Of a DNA stretch of 64,000 nt, positions 46,604 through 55,129 are shown piece by piece. Below the pieces are notes generated by a model. It did no database searches, was not told the DNA's origin, and saw only the letters and a program-made list of their open reading frames with translations. Each line of letters starts with the position of its first letter. Positions within the stretch are counted from its first letter, which is position 1. Position numbers and translations under genes: made by a program. The DNA comes from an uncultured Actinomycetota bacterium (GTDB lineage: Bacteria > Actinomycetota > Thermoleophilia > Gaiellales > Gaiellaceae). The stretch is from positions 138,801 to 202,800 of the forward strand of contig CAVRQF010000007.1 of assembly GCA_963723405.1 (NCBI GenBank), read 5' to 3'.

Positions 46604-46631
46604 CGCGGGTTCGAGTCCCGTCGCTCCCGCT
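46604..46631 (+). repeat. attR-like direct repeat (displaced tRNA-Asp 3' end)
   Basis: CGCGGGTTCGAGTCCCGTCGCTCCCGCT is identical to 36711-36738. It is followed by a hairpin (46643-46672) that could be the original tRNA terminator. Confidence 0.75.
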
Positions 46632-46860
46632 CTCGAAAACCCCGCATCCCGCCTAGCTTGCGGCCGGATGCGCGTCGTCCAACCGGCGAAGCCCGTGCCG
46701 CACACGTCGTCTCGGGTCGGTGACTCGCGTCGACGCGCAAGGATGCGAGCGTGTCCGGGACGGTCCGTCGACGCCGCGACTCGCGCCGCGGAGCTCGTCG
46801 ACGGGCGCCGGCCGAGCAGCACGAAGTGAAGCCGTGCTGGGCTCGACCTAGACTCACGCC

Positions 46861-47028
46861 GTGCCGTACCACGCGCAGAAGACCGGGCAGGTCAGGCCGG
46901 GACTCAAGATCCATGAGCTGAAGGCCGACAACCGTGCGGTCTGCGGCAACTCGCGCCGGCAACCGATGGACGACCTCGGGCCCGGAACGGTGACGTGCGA
47001 ATCCTGCGCGCGGGACACCGGCCACTGA
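46861..47028 (+). CDS. Hypothetical 55-aa Cys-containing small protein (doubtful)
   Basis: GTG 46861: (M)PYHAQKTGQVRPGLKIHELKADNRAVCGNSRRQPMDDLGPGTVTCESCARDTGH*. It is below the track length cut-off, and I see no homology. Confidence 0.2.
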   Translation: MPYHAQKTGQVRPGLKIHELKADNRAVCGNSRRQPMDDLGPGTVTCESCARDTGH

Positions 47029-47062
47029 TCCGCATCAACCGAGCGATATTCGGGAGGCCTGA

Positions 47063-48223
47063 GTGGCCAGATTGCGGGCGATCGAGGCGCCATGGCGCAC
47101 TATCGTTCGGCGAGTGGATCCCAACGGTGCTCTGACTGAGCTTGCGTTGTCGCTTGTTGAGACGGAGTCGGTGAATCCGGGGCTCGCGGCCGACGGGTCG
47201 GGAGAGGGCGAAGCGGCCGAGGTCGTTGCGGAATGGTCTCGGGCGGCGGGGCTGCAGGTCGAGCTCGATTATGTTCTGCCCGGCCGGCCGAACGTGGTGG
47301 TAACTGCGCCTGGCACGGGAAGCGGCCGGACCCTGTTGCTGAACGGGCACCTCGACACGGTGGGCGTCACCGGGATGGAGTACCCGTTCGCTGCGGATGT
47401 GCGCGACGGGCGGCTTTACGGGCGTGGCGCCTACGACATGAAGGGTGCGCTGGCCGCCGCGCTCGTCGCCGCAGCCCAGTTGCGACACGAGAAGCTCGCG
47501 GGCGACGTCGTGGTGGCGTGCGTCATCGATGAAGAGCTTGGCTCCGCCGGGACCGAGCGGCTGGTGACATCGCGAACCGCCGACGCGGCGATCGTCTGCG
47601 AGCCGACCGATGAGCGTGTCTGCATCGCGCACAAGGGATTCGTGGGCTTCGAGGTCGAGACACGTGGCCGTGCCGCTCACGGTTCGCGGCCGGATCTCGG
47701 TGTTGACGCGATCGCGGCGATGGGACCGGTGCTGATCCGGCTCCAACAGTTGGCCGACTCGCTCGAACAGGAGGCCGGGTCACCCGCTCCTCGGTGCCGG
47801 CTCGATCCACGCCTCACTGATCGAGGGCGGCCAAGAGTATTCGAGTTACCCGGAGCGATGCCTGTTGACCGGTGAGCGACGCACCGTGCCGGGGGAGTCG
47901 ACGGCCGACATCGAGGAGGAGTTGCGTGGCCTGGTCGGCCAAACCGATGCGAACGTCCGGATCACGTTTGCCCGCCACCCATTCGAGATCGACGCTGCGG
48001 CAGATTGCCGCGACAGGTCGCGCGATGTGCCGGAGATGACCGTTTCCATGGGATCGCGTTCTGGACGGACGCCGCGCTCGTAGCCGAAGCGGGTATTCCT
48101 ACCGTCCTCTATGGGCCGCGCGGGTCTGGAGCACACGCGAGCGAGGAATGGGTTGAGCTCGCAAGTCTGGAACGATGCGCCCGCGTCTACCTTGAAACCG
48201 CTCGCGCACTCTGCGCCGCATAG
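47063..48223 (+). CDS. M20 family metallopeptidase (ArgE/DapE/acetylornithine deacetylase-like), frameshifted
   Basis: ORF 47063..47875 reads ...LVETESVNPG...LLLNGHLDTVGVTGMEYPFAADVRDGRLYGRGAYDMKGALAAALVAA...VVVACVIDEELGSAGT...IVCEPTDERVCIAHKGFVGFEVETRGRAAHGSRPDLGVDAI. It continues in two other frames (SIHASLIEGGQEYSSYPERCLLTGERRTVPGES, then FWTDAALVAEAGIPTVLYGPRGSGAHASEEWVELASL). Confidence 0.75.
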
Positions 48224-48313
48224 ATCACCGCGGTTCATCGACGGCGCAGGGGTTCTCGTTCGGCCCACGTCCTCCCAGCCTCACCGAGCGGCGCGGCTAG
48301 CGTTCGCTGAACG

Positions 48314-48742
48314 ATGCGCGAGCTCGAGACAACCGAACTGAGAGCGTTTCTGCTCGCGGGCACGCGGACTGCGAAGGTCGCGGTTGTGCGTCGAGACGGG
48401 TCACCCCTGGTGACGCCGGTCTGGTTCCTCCCCGACGAGGACGGGTCGATCGTGTTCGAGACGGGTCGGAGCTCCGTGAAAGGCCGCGCGCTCTCACGCG
48501 ATCCGCGGGTGTCGATCTGCGTCGAGGATGACGAGCCCCCGTTCGGGTTCGTTCGCGTCGACGGGATCGCAGAGCTCTCCGATGACCACGACGAGCTGCT
48601 GTCGTGGACGATCAGGATCGCGGCGCGCTACATGGGCGAGGATCTTGCGGAGGAGTTCGGTCGCCGGAACGCAGCTCCGAGCGAGATGCTCGTGCGGGTG
48701 CGACCCCATCGCATCATCGCGCAGGTCGAGTTGGCCGACTGA
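48314..48742 (+). CDS. PPOX-class (pyridoxamine 5'-phosphate oxidase fold) probable F420-dependent enzyme
   Basis: Intact ORF: MRELETTELRAFLLAGTRTAKVAVVRRDGSPLVTPVWFLPDEDGSIVFETGRSSVKGRALSRDPRVSICVEDDEPPFGFVRVDGIAEL.... Confidence 0.8.
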   Translation: MRELETTELRAFLLAGTRTAKVAVVRRDGSPLVTPVWFLPDEDGSIVFETGRSSVKGRALSRDPRVSICVEDDEPPFGFVRVDGIAELSDDHDELLSWTIRIAARYMGEDLAEEFGRRNAAPSEMLVRVRPHRIIAQVELAD

Positions 48743-48824
48743 CACCTCGCCGAGAGCGCCACGTTCACCGATTCTCGGGTACTCGAGGTGGTTCTGTGGA
48801 CAACTTAGACAGGCTAAAGAAGTT

Positions 48825-49163
48825 ATGCTAAAAATGTCCGGTATGGCTGGTACTGCAATCAAGCCTTGGCGATTCCTGTCGAATCACGCCCAGGTGCTCC
48901 TCTGCATCTCGCATGACCCCAACGCCCGTCTACGCGAGATCGCGCTGGAGGTCGAGATCACGGAACGAGCAGCGCATCGCATCCTGACCGACCTGATCGA
49001 GGCGGGATACGTGGAGCGTGTTCGGGTCGGCCGTCGCAACCGTTATCTGGTGGACCCATCGGTTGCGATGCGGCACCCTGCTCAACACGGACAGGAGGTC
49101 GGAGCGTTACTCGGGCTCCTGGACGTGAGCGATCTCCAGGAACCTGGAGGAGGTCCGGAATGA
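48825..49163 (+). CDS. Winged-helix (MarR/ArsR-like HTH) DNA-binding protein, cassette B
   Basis: From the internal ATG of ORF 48528..49163: MLKMSGMAGTAIKPWRFLSNHAQVLLCISHDPNARLREIALEVEITERAAHRILTDLIEAGYVERVRVGRRNRYLVDPSVAMRHPAQHGQEVGALLGL. Confidence 0.75.
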   Translation: MLKMSGMAGTAIKPWRFLSNHAQVLLCISHDPNARLREIALEVEITERAAHRILTDLIEAGYVERVRVGRRNRYLVDPSVAMRHPAQHGQEVGALLGLLDVSDLQEPGGGPE

Positions 49164-49218
49164 CGGCAAGGCCGCCTACACGATGCCTTCATGTCCTCGT
49201 GTACGAAGGAGAACCCAG

Positions 49219-49554
49219 ATGAGTCGCGATCTCCATGTGCTGGTACCGAGAGCCGGCGCAGCCGTGGTCGAACTACATGGTGAGCACGACATAGCCACCA
49301 GGACCGAGGTTCGAGAGCTGTTGGCCTCGCTGGTCGAGGCGAACGATCTCATCGTTGTCGACGTGACGGAAGCTCTCTTCATCGATTCGTCGTTCCTTCA
49401 CAATCTTGCGCTGGCGGATCGTCTTGCGCGGACCCGAGGTTCGCGGTTGCGCCTACAACTCGGCACAGCCTCGATCGTTCGCACGGCTCTTGAAGTCAGC
49501 GGTCTTCTGAAGCGTCTCGATTGCGTCGCAGACCGTGAGGAGGCGATGGCTTGA
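49219..49554 (+). CDS. STAS domain anti-sigma-factor antagonist, cassette B
   Basis: AAGGAG precedes ATG 49219: MSRDLHVLVPRAGAAVVELHGEHDIATRTEVRELLASLVEANDLIVVDVTEALFIDSSFLHNLALADRLARTRGSRLRLQLGTASIVRTALEVSGLLKRL. Confidence 0.8.
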   Translation: MSRDLHVLVPRAGAAVVELHGEHDIATRTEVRELLASLVEANDLIVVDVTEALFIDSSFLHNLALADRLARTRGSRLRLQLGTASIVRTALEVSGLLKRLDCVADREEAMA

Positions 49555-49592
49555 CCGGCTTCAGATCCCGCGCCCCGGGGAACTAGGGCGGA

Positions 49593-49961
49593 GTGGAGAC
49601 CTTCGTGACGACCCTCGCCTGCGAGCCGACGCGACTCCGTGAGCTTCGCCACGACCTCGCCGCGTGGCTGGATCAGCTCCAGCTCGTGGACAAGCTGCGA
49701 AGCGCAGTCATCCTCGCCGCCCACGAGGCTGCGGCAAACGCAATCGAGCATGCCGAGCCTTGCACATCGGTCGAAGTCCGCGCAGCGATCGAGCAAGACA
49801 CCATCACGATCGCCGTCACCGACACCGGCACCTGGAAAGACGCAAGCTTCGACAACGACGAGCGTGGACGCGGGCTGATGATGATCAGCGTCCTCATGCC
49901 CTACGTCGAGATCTCGAGCGAACCCCGCGGCACCACAATCCGAATGAGCGCCCGTCTCTGA
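49593..49961 (+). CDS. RsbW/SpoIIAB-like Ser kinase (HATPase_c_2), cassette B
   Basis: Intact ORF: (M)ETFVTTLACEPTRLRELRHDLAAWLDQLQLVDKLRSAVILAAHEAAANAIEHAEPCTSVEVRAAIEQDTITIAVTDTGTWKDASFDNDERGRGLMMISVLMPYVEISSEPRGTTIRMSARL. Confidence 0.8.
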   Translation: METFVTTLACEPTRLRELRHDLAAWLDQLQLVDKLRSAVILAAHEAAANAIEHAEPCTSVEVRAAIEQDTITIAVTDTGTWKDASFDNDERGRGLMMISVLMPYVEISSEPRGTTIRMSARL

Positions 49962-49964
49962 TCG

Positions 49965-50273
49965 ATGCGAGGCGCCCAACCTGCAAACAGGCAGATGCCA
50001 CGACTCCGGACGCCGGCTGCAACGACAACCCGCGTCGTCGAGGTCGAGTTCGGCGGCGCCTCCGCTGCGGCGTTGTTACGACACCTCGGAAGCCTGACCG
50101 AGCGTCACGCAATGCGGATGGAGATCCTCTCCCCCGGTTCGTCGACAGCACCTCCCTCTCGGGCGCGGATCACCGTGCCTCGTGCCGCGAGCCATCGCGA
50201 AGCCGAACTGACAGTCGCCGCACTGGTCGAATGGGTGCGACGCGCGAGCAGCCGTTCACCTCAGCGAGCCTGA
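49965..50273 (+). CDS. Small conserved ORF (102 aa), fourth gene of cassette B, unknown function
   Basis: The ATG lies 3 nt after the kinase stop: MRGAQPANRQMPRLRTPAATTTRVVEVEFGGASAAALLRHLGSLTERHAMRMEILSPGSS...AELTVAALVEWVRRASS. A frameshifted paralog sits at 37696..37969, which argues that it is a real gene. Confidence 0.5.
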   Translation: MRGAQPANRQMPRLRTPAATTTRVVEVEFGGASAAALLRHLGSLTERHAMRMEILSPGSSTAPPSRARITVPRAASHREAELTVAALVEWVRRASSRSPQRA

Positions 50274-50291
50274 GCGCCGGTAGGAGCTGCG

Positions 50292-51023
50292 ATGTACACG
50301 CACGCCCTAGTGTCAAACCGGGCGACGCCGGGAATCGCTGACCCAACCTTGTCCGCCGTGTCGCAGAAAGCACCCACACGTCAGGATGCGCGCCGGAGGC
50401 CCGCCCTGCGGCGAGTGCTTGTCTGCGCGCTTGCCGCAGTCGCGGTCGGGGTGATACTCGCGCTCCTTGGAACACCGTGGTCGGTCGCGGCCAGCGGAGG
50501 ATGGGCAATCGGAGCCCTCACCTTCCTGGTGCTCGTATGGCGGGACGTTCTGCTGCTAGGCCCCGACCAGACCGAGGACGCAGCCCGGGTCGAGGACTCG
50601 TCGAGAGCTGCTGCCGACACTGTCCTGCTCGCCTCGTCGGTCGCGAGCCTCATCGCCGTCGCGCTCGTCCTGGTGGGCGCGCGCGACCACCAGGGCCTCG
50701 CCAAGGGCGCCTACATCGTCCTCGCCGTCGCAAGCGTCGTCATCGCCTGGGCAGCGGTCCATACCGTCTACGCCCTCCGCTACGCCCGCCTCTACTACGC
50801 CGAACCGGTAGGGGGCATCGACTACCACGCCGACGACCGACCCGACTACCGCGACTTCGCCTACCTCGCGCTCACGATCGGCATGACCTTCCAGGTCTCA
50901 GACACCGACCTCACGGCGAAACCCGTCCGCCGACTCGCGATCCAACACGCGCTGCTGTCCTACCTCTTCGGCGCAGTGATCGTCGCGCTGATGATCAACA
51001 TCGTCGGCAGCCTCGCCGGCTGA
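50292..51023 (+). CDS. DUF1345 domain-containing membrane protein
   Basis: Intact ORF with GGAG 6 nt upstream: ...WAIGALTFLVLVWRDVLLLGPDQTEDAARVEDSSRAAADTVLLASSVASLIAVALVLVGA...AAVHTVYALRYARLYYAEPVGGIDYHADDRPDYRDFAYLALTIGMTFQVSDTDL.... Confidence 0.75.
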   Translation: MYTHALVSNRATPGIADPTLSAVSQKAPTRQDARRRPALRRVLVCALAAVAVGVILALLGTPWSVAASGGWAIGALTFLVLVWRDVLLLGPDQTEDAARVEDSSRAAADTVLLASSVASLIAVALVLVGARDHQGLAKGAYIVLAVASVVIAWAAVHTVYALRYARLYYAEPVGGIDYHADDRPDYRDFAYLALTIGMTFQVSDTDLTAKPVRRLAIQHALLSYLFGAVIVALMINIVGSLAG

Positions 51024-51094
51024 CCCGAGGGTCGCGGCGGCCCGACGGCGATGAGCGGTGTTTCATCCCAGCGACCGTCGGGAAGCCCACGACA

Positions 51095-52060
51095 ATGATC
51101 GAGATCGGTTACGCCCTCTCGTCCGAGGAATCCGGCCCAACGGCCCTCGTCGAGAACGCAACCCACGCCGAGCGCGCCGGCTTCAGGTTCGCGCTGATCT
51201 CCGACCATTTCCATCCGTGGCTCGACGAGCAAGGAGAGAGCCCGTTCGTCTGGGCCACCATCGGAGCGATCTCGGAGGCCACGAGCTCGCTCGAGCTGGG
51301 CACCGGCGTCACCTGCCCGATCATCCGCCTTCATCCGGCGATCGTCGCCCAGGCATCCGCGACGTGCGCGGCGCTCATGCAGGACCGTTTCCTCCTCGGC
51401 CTCGGAACCGGCGAGAACCTGAACGAACATATTCTCGGCGACCGCTGGCCCAGCCACGACGAGCGCCTCGAGATGCTCGAGGAAGCAATCTTCGTCATCC
51501 GCCGGCTCTGGTCCGGCAGCCTCGTGAGTCATCGCGGGGCGCACTACACCGTCGACCGTGCCCGGCTCTACACCCTCCCGCCCACACCGCCCCCGATCGC
51601 GGTCGCGGCAGCAGGGCCGCATGCAGCCGAGCTCGCCGGCCGGATCGGCGACGCGCTCATCACCACAACCCCGGACCCTGACCTCGTCACGGCCTTCAAA
51701 CACGCAGGCGGCGAAGCCAAGCCCTGCTACGGCCAGCTCACAGTCTGCTACGCGCCCACGCGCGACGAAGCCGTCGCGACCGCCTGCAACCACTGGCGCA
51801 ACGGCGCCCTCGGCGGAGACCTCGGGCAAGAACTCGGGCTGCCACGCCACTTCCGTCAAGCCACCGAGCTTCTCTCCCCAGCCCAGGTCGCCGGCAACAT
51901 CGTCTGCGGCCCCGACCCGGACGAGCACCGCGCCGCGATCGAGGAGTTCGCAAACGCCGGATTCGACCGCGTCTACATCCATCAAGTCGGGCGCGACCAG
52001 CGGACGTTCACAGACTTCTACCAACGCGAGATCCTCGACGCGCCCCTCGCGACCCGATAG
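51095..52060 (+). CDS. LLM-class (luciferase-like) F420-dependent oxidoreductase
   Basis: From the internal ATG of ORF 50477..52060: MIEIGYALSSEESGPTALVENATHAERAGFRFALISDHFHPWLDEQGESPFVWATIGAISEATSSLELGTGVTCPIIRLHPAIVAQASATCAALMQDRFLLGLGTGENLNEHILGDRWP.... Confidence 0.85.
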   Translation: MIEIGYALSSEESGPTALVENATHAERAGFRFALISDHFHPWLDEQGESPFVWATIGAISEATSSLELGTGVTCPIIRLHPAIVAQASATCAALMQDRFLLGLGTGENLNEHILGDRWPSHDERLEMLEEAIFVIRRLWSGSLVSHRGAHYTVDRARLYTLPPTPPPIAVAAAGPHAAELAGRIGDALITTTPDPDLVTAFKHAGGEAKPCYGQLTVCYAPTRDEAVATACNHWRNGALGGDLGQELGLPRHFRQATELLSPAQVAGNIVCGPDPDEHRAAIEEFANAGFDRVYIHQVGRDQRTFTDFYQREILDAPLATR

Positions 52061-52176
52061 GCACGCCGTTCATCGGGGGCATCTCCGGGAAAGCCGCGAC
52101 GGCCGGGTCCTGGAGAGGGCGCTCATCTCCGCACCCGCCGGGGAAGCGCCAGAAACCCGGAGGGCACGGCTAGTGC

Positions 52177-52647
52177 TTACGGTCCTGGCGTGAGCGCTAG
52201 CGTCATTCGAGGAGCAGGCGCGAACCGGGTTGACGTCTCGCCGGTGATTCGAAATCCGAGCCGCTCGTAGAACCCGAGTGCGCGCGGGTTCGCAGTCACC
52301 GTGACTCGGTTCGCACCTTCGGTCGCCGCCCGAGCCGCGACGTCCTCGACGAGCAGCCGGCCCACGCCAAGCCCCATCGAATCGGGCTCTACGAAGAGAT
52401 CGTCGAGCTCGCACGCCGCGTCCTCAACCGAGAGGACCACCGAGAATCCAACAGGTCGGTCCGTACTGTCCACTGCCACTCGGACTCTCCCTTCGGCGAT
52501 CGCTCGATGAGGTGGCTCGATCGCATCGGGGTGAGCCGCAAGGTGCGCTCGGTCTTCATCCCAGACATCAGACGAGCGGCGGTGGAGCTCCTCGAGCGCA
52601 AGCGCCTCGCCGGGCACTGCATCCCGAATCCGGTCGACTGTGCTCAT
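52177..52647 (-). CDS. GNAT family N-acetyltransferase
   Basis: Intact ORF: ...VGFSVVLSVEDAACELDDLFVEPDSMGLGVGRLLVEDVAARAATEGANRVTVTANPRALGFYERLGFRITGE. Confidence 0.8.
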   Translation of the reverse strand: MSTVDRIRDAVPGEALALEELHRRSSDVWDEDRAHLAAHPDAIEPPHRAIAEGRVRVAVDSTDRPVGFSVVLSVEDAACELDDLFVEPDSMGLGVGRLLVEDVAARAATEGANRVTVTANPRALGFYERLGFRITGETSTRFAPAPRMTLALTPGP

Positions 52648-52746
52648 CCAGCAACGCTACCGCGTACCTCGCGCGCGACTACTGCCTCGTCAATGGTACG
52701 CCGCCGGATCCGCTGAGCCCGACGGCGTGGCATCTACGATCGTGCC

Positions 52747-53586
52747 GTGGGAGGCGACGAGCAGGACCGCGTCAGGCTGGAGAACTGGACGGCGATGGCC
52801 GCAGGTTGGGAGCGCGCTCGGGAGGAACGGGAGAAGATGGCCGGGCCCGTCACCGACTGGCTCATTCGCGAGCTCGCGCCCAAGCCCGGGGACACGGTGC
52901 TCGAGCTCGCGGCTGGACAGGGCGACGTCGGGTTCCAGCTTGCACCGACCCTTGGCGCGGGCGGCCGCCTCATCTCGAGCGATTTCAGCCCGGCGATGGC
53001 CGAGATCGCTCGGCGTCGAGGCGCCGAGCTCGGTCTGACGAACATCGACCACCGCATCCTGGACGCCGAGCGGCTCGAGCTCGCCGACGATTCGGTCGAC
53101 GGCGTCCTCTGCCGCTGGGGCTACATGCTCATGCCGGATCCGGCAACAGCCCTCGCCGAGACGAGGCGAGTGCTTCGCTCCGGCGGACGGCTCGCTCTCG
53201 CGGTCTGGTCGAGCGGCGGCCGCAACCCCTGGATCTCCGCCGCCGGTCGCATCCTCGTCGCGCACGGGCACATGCCGCCTCCGGAGCCGGGCGAACCGGG
53301 GATGTTCGTGCTCGGCGATCAGGAGCTGCTGCGCCCCCTGGTCGAGAACGCCGGGTTCGCGAACGTGCGGATCGAGGATGTGCCTGTCCACAACCACTAC
53401 TCGAGCGTGGACGAGTACGTCCGCCGGTCGAGCGGGATGGGCGGCATGTTCGCGAGAGCCTGGGCGGAGGCGCCCGAGGACGAGCAAGAGCGGTTGAAGG
53501 ATGAGTTTCGCGAGGCGTTTGCACCGTTCGCCGTCGACGGCGGATACGAGCTGCCGGGCGTCTCACTCTGCGCCGTCGCGAGCTGA
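52747..53586 (+). CDS. Class I SAM-dependent methyltransferase (paralog of 55920..56795)
   Basis: Intact ORF: ...PGDTVLELAAGQGDVGFQLAPTLGAGGRLISSDFSPAMAEIARRRGAELGLTNIDHRILDAERLELADDSVDGVLCRWGYMLMPDPATALAETRRVLRSGGRLALAVW. Confidence 0.8.
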   Translation: MGGDEQDRVRLENWTAMAAGWERAREEREKMAGPVTDWLIRELAPKPGDTVLELAAGQGDVGFQLAPTLGAGGRLISSDFSPAMAEIARRRGAELGLTNIDHRILDAERLELADDSVDGVLCRWGYMLMPDPATALAETRRVLRSGGRLALAVWSSGGRNPWISAAGRILVAHGHMPPPEPGEPGMFVLGDQELLRPLVENAGFANVRIEDVPVHNHYSSVDEYVRRSSGMGGMFARAWAEAPEDEQERLKDEFREAFAPFAVDGGYELPGVSLCAVAS

Positions 53587-54030
53587 GTGGCGACGAGCTA
53601 TCGACTCGGCCGGACGAGGCGGCTCATCAACGCCGTCGTCACCCCGCTTGTCCGCTTCGGCCTCGCCGGCCGGAACACCTACCTTCTGACCGTCGAGGGG
53701 CGCACGAGCGGCCGGCACTACTCGACGCCCGTCACGCTGGTCGTTGACGGGGAGGAGCGATGGCTTGTCGCACCCTACGGCGAGCGAAACTGGGTCAAGA
53801 ATGCTCGGGCGGCAGGCTGGGTCGAGCTCAGTCGGGCGGGAACGTCCGAACGGCTCGACGTCACCGAACTGGAAGCGGCCGAGGCTGGGCCAGTCCTCCG
53901 AAGATATCGGCGGAAGTACCGGCTGACCGGCCCGTTCTTCGACGCCGGGGCCAACGCCCCGGTCGAGGCGTTCATCGCCGAAGCCCCTCGCCATCCGGTG
54001 TTCCGCCTCAGCAGGCCGGACCGGAATTGA
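53587..54030 (+). CDS. Nitroreductase/deazaflavin (F420H2)-dependent oxidoreductase family (DDN/DUF385-like)
   Basis: The GTG start lies immediately after the previous stop: ...LINAVVTPLVRFGLAGRNTYLLTVEGRTSGRHYSTPVTLVVDGEERWLVAPYGERNWVKNARAAGWVELSRAG.... Confidence 0.8.
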   Translation: MATSYRLGRTRRLINAVVTPLVRFGLAGRNTYLLTVEGRTSGRHYSTPVTLVVDGEERWLVAPYGERNWVKNARAAGWVELSRAGTSERLDVTELEAAEAGPVLRRYRRKYRLTGPFFDAGANAPVEAFIAEAPRHPVFRLSRPDRN

Positions 54031-54155
54031 CCCGATCGTGTCCTGTGCGGCGCCGGCGCCCGCACCTACCGTGGGTCATGGCAAGTCCGGTGCCTGAGCC
54101 GACCCCCGGCGAACGGCGCACCCCTGTGGTAGGTGGGGCCTGCCCGGGCTATTGC

Positions 54156-55026
54156 TCACTGCGCGAGAGACTCAGGGGTCTGCGGTGGAGTCTCTCGCGC
54201 AGGTAATTCCCCCAGGGGCACGCTGAGGTCGCAGACGAGCGTCTCGGGTGTCGCTGTCCGCTGATCGGCGATCAGGAGTTGGCGGAGCGGGCCGATCGGC
54301 TCGCGCCCGTTCTCCCTCGTCCAGCGCTCGAGCGCATCACAGGCGGGGAGCAGTGCCGGCCAGCCCATCTCCCTCAGCGCGAGCCGGATGAAGGCCTCGT
54401 CGTGAGCGGCCTCGACCCGTCGCTGGATGCCGCCGTTCGACCGCGGGGCCGAAGCCGCGCCGGCGACCGGTCGGCACAGCTCGATCGGGCCGTCGCTGTC
54501 GGCGCTCACGTCTCCGTAGAAGACCACGAATGGCACGCCGGCGATCCCCTCGAGACCCGGCCCGCAAGCACGCAGGCGCGAGAAGGCCTCGCCGAAGAAC
54601 GCATCTGTTTCCGAGACGTTCACGTGGCGGTTGATCGAGACCAGCGTCCGCTCCTGCATGCTCCGTACCTCGACGTCGTACACGGTCGGCTCCTCTCCTC
54701 GCAGTCGTCCCTGGAGGTAGGCGAGCAGGTCGCGGCGCTCGACACGCTTTGCCTCGAGCCCGTCCCACCAATCGGTGAGCATCTGCGCTGCCTCGGCGCC
54801 GTCGAGTGCGAGCAACTCCCCGATCACCGTCAACGGCAGCTCGAGCTGACGGAGTAGCCCGATCAGACGCGCCGGCTCGATCTGCTCTTCGCCGTAGAAC
54901 CGATACCCGGAGCTCGGGTCGACGAAGGCGGGCACGCACGAGGCCCAGCTCGCCGTAGATGCGAAGCGCCTTCTGCGAGAGACGCGTCTGTCGAGAGAAC
55001 TCGCCGATGCCGAGATGGGTCGTCAC
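54156..55026 (-). CDS. MerR family transcriptional regulator with GyrI-like effector-binding domain, one frameshift near 54935
   Basis: The N-terminus is in frame 54337..55026 (MTTHLGIGEFSRQTRLSQKALRIYGELGLV). The rest is in ORF 54156..54935 (PAFVDPSSGYRFYGEEQIEPARLIGLLRQLELPLTVIGELL...VEVRSMQERTLVSINRHV...). Confidence 0.75.
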
Positions 55027-55129
55027 GCTTTGCCTCCAAGCCGGGACGATGATCCCGGTCGTCCAATAGTGGAGGCTGCCCCAAGGGCAAAGTCAAGCGA
55101 TCAGAATCTGTTCGCCGATCGGGAGGTTC

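Larger units (their letters stand above)
36739..46631. mobile_element. Putative decayed genomic island integrated at tRNA-Asp (~9.9 kb, no intact recombinase found)
   Basis: The region is bounded by the 28-bp direct repeat. It has visibly lower GC with AT-rich patches and contains many gene fragments (McrB-like, DUF4142 tail, kinase remnant, Zn-ribbon fragments). Its cargo is a stress-type set of genes. Confidence 0.6.
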
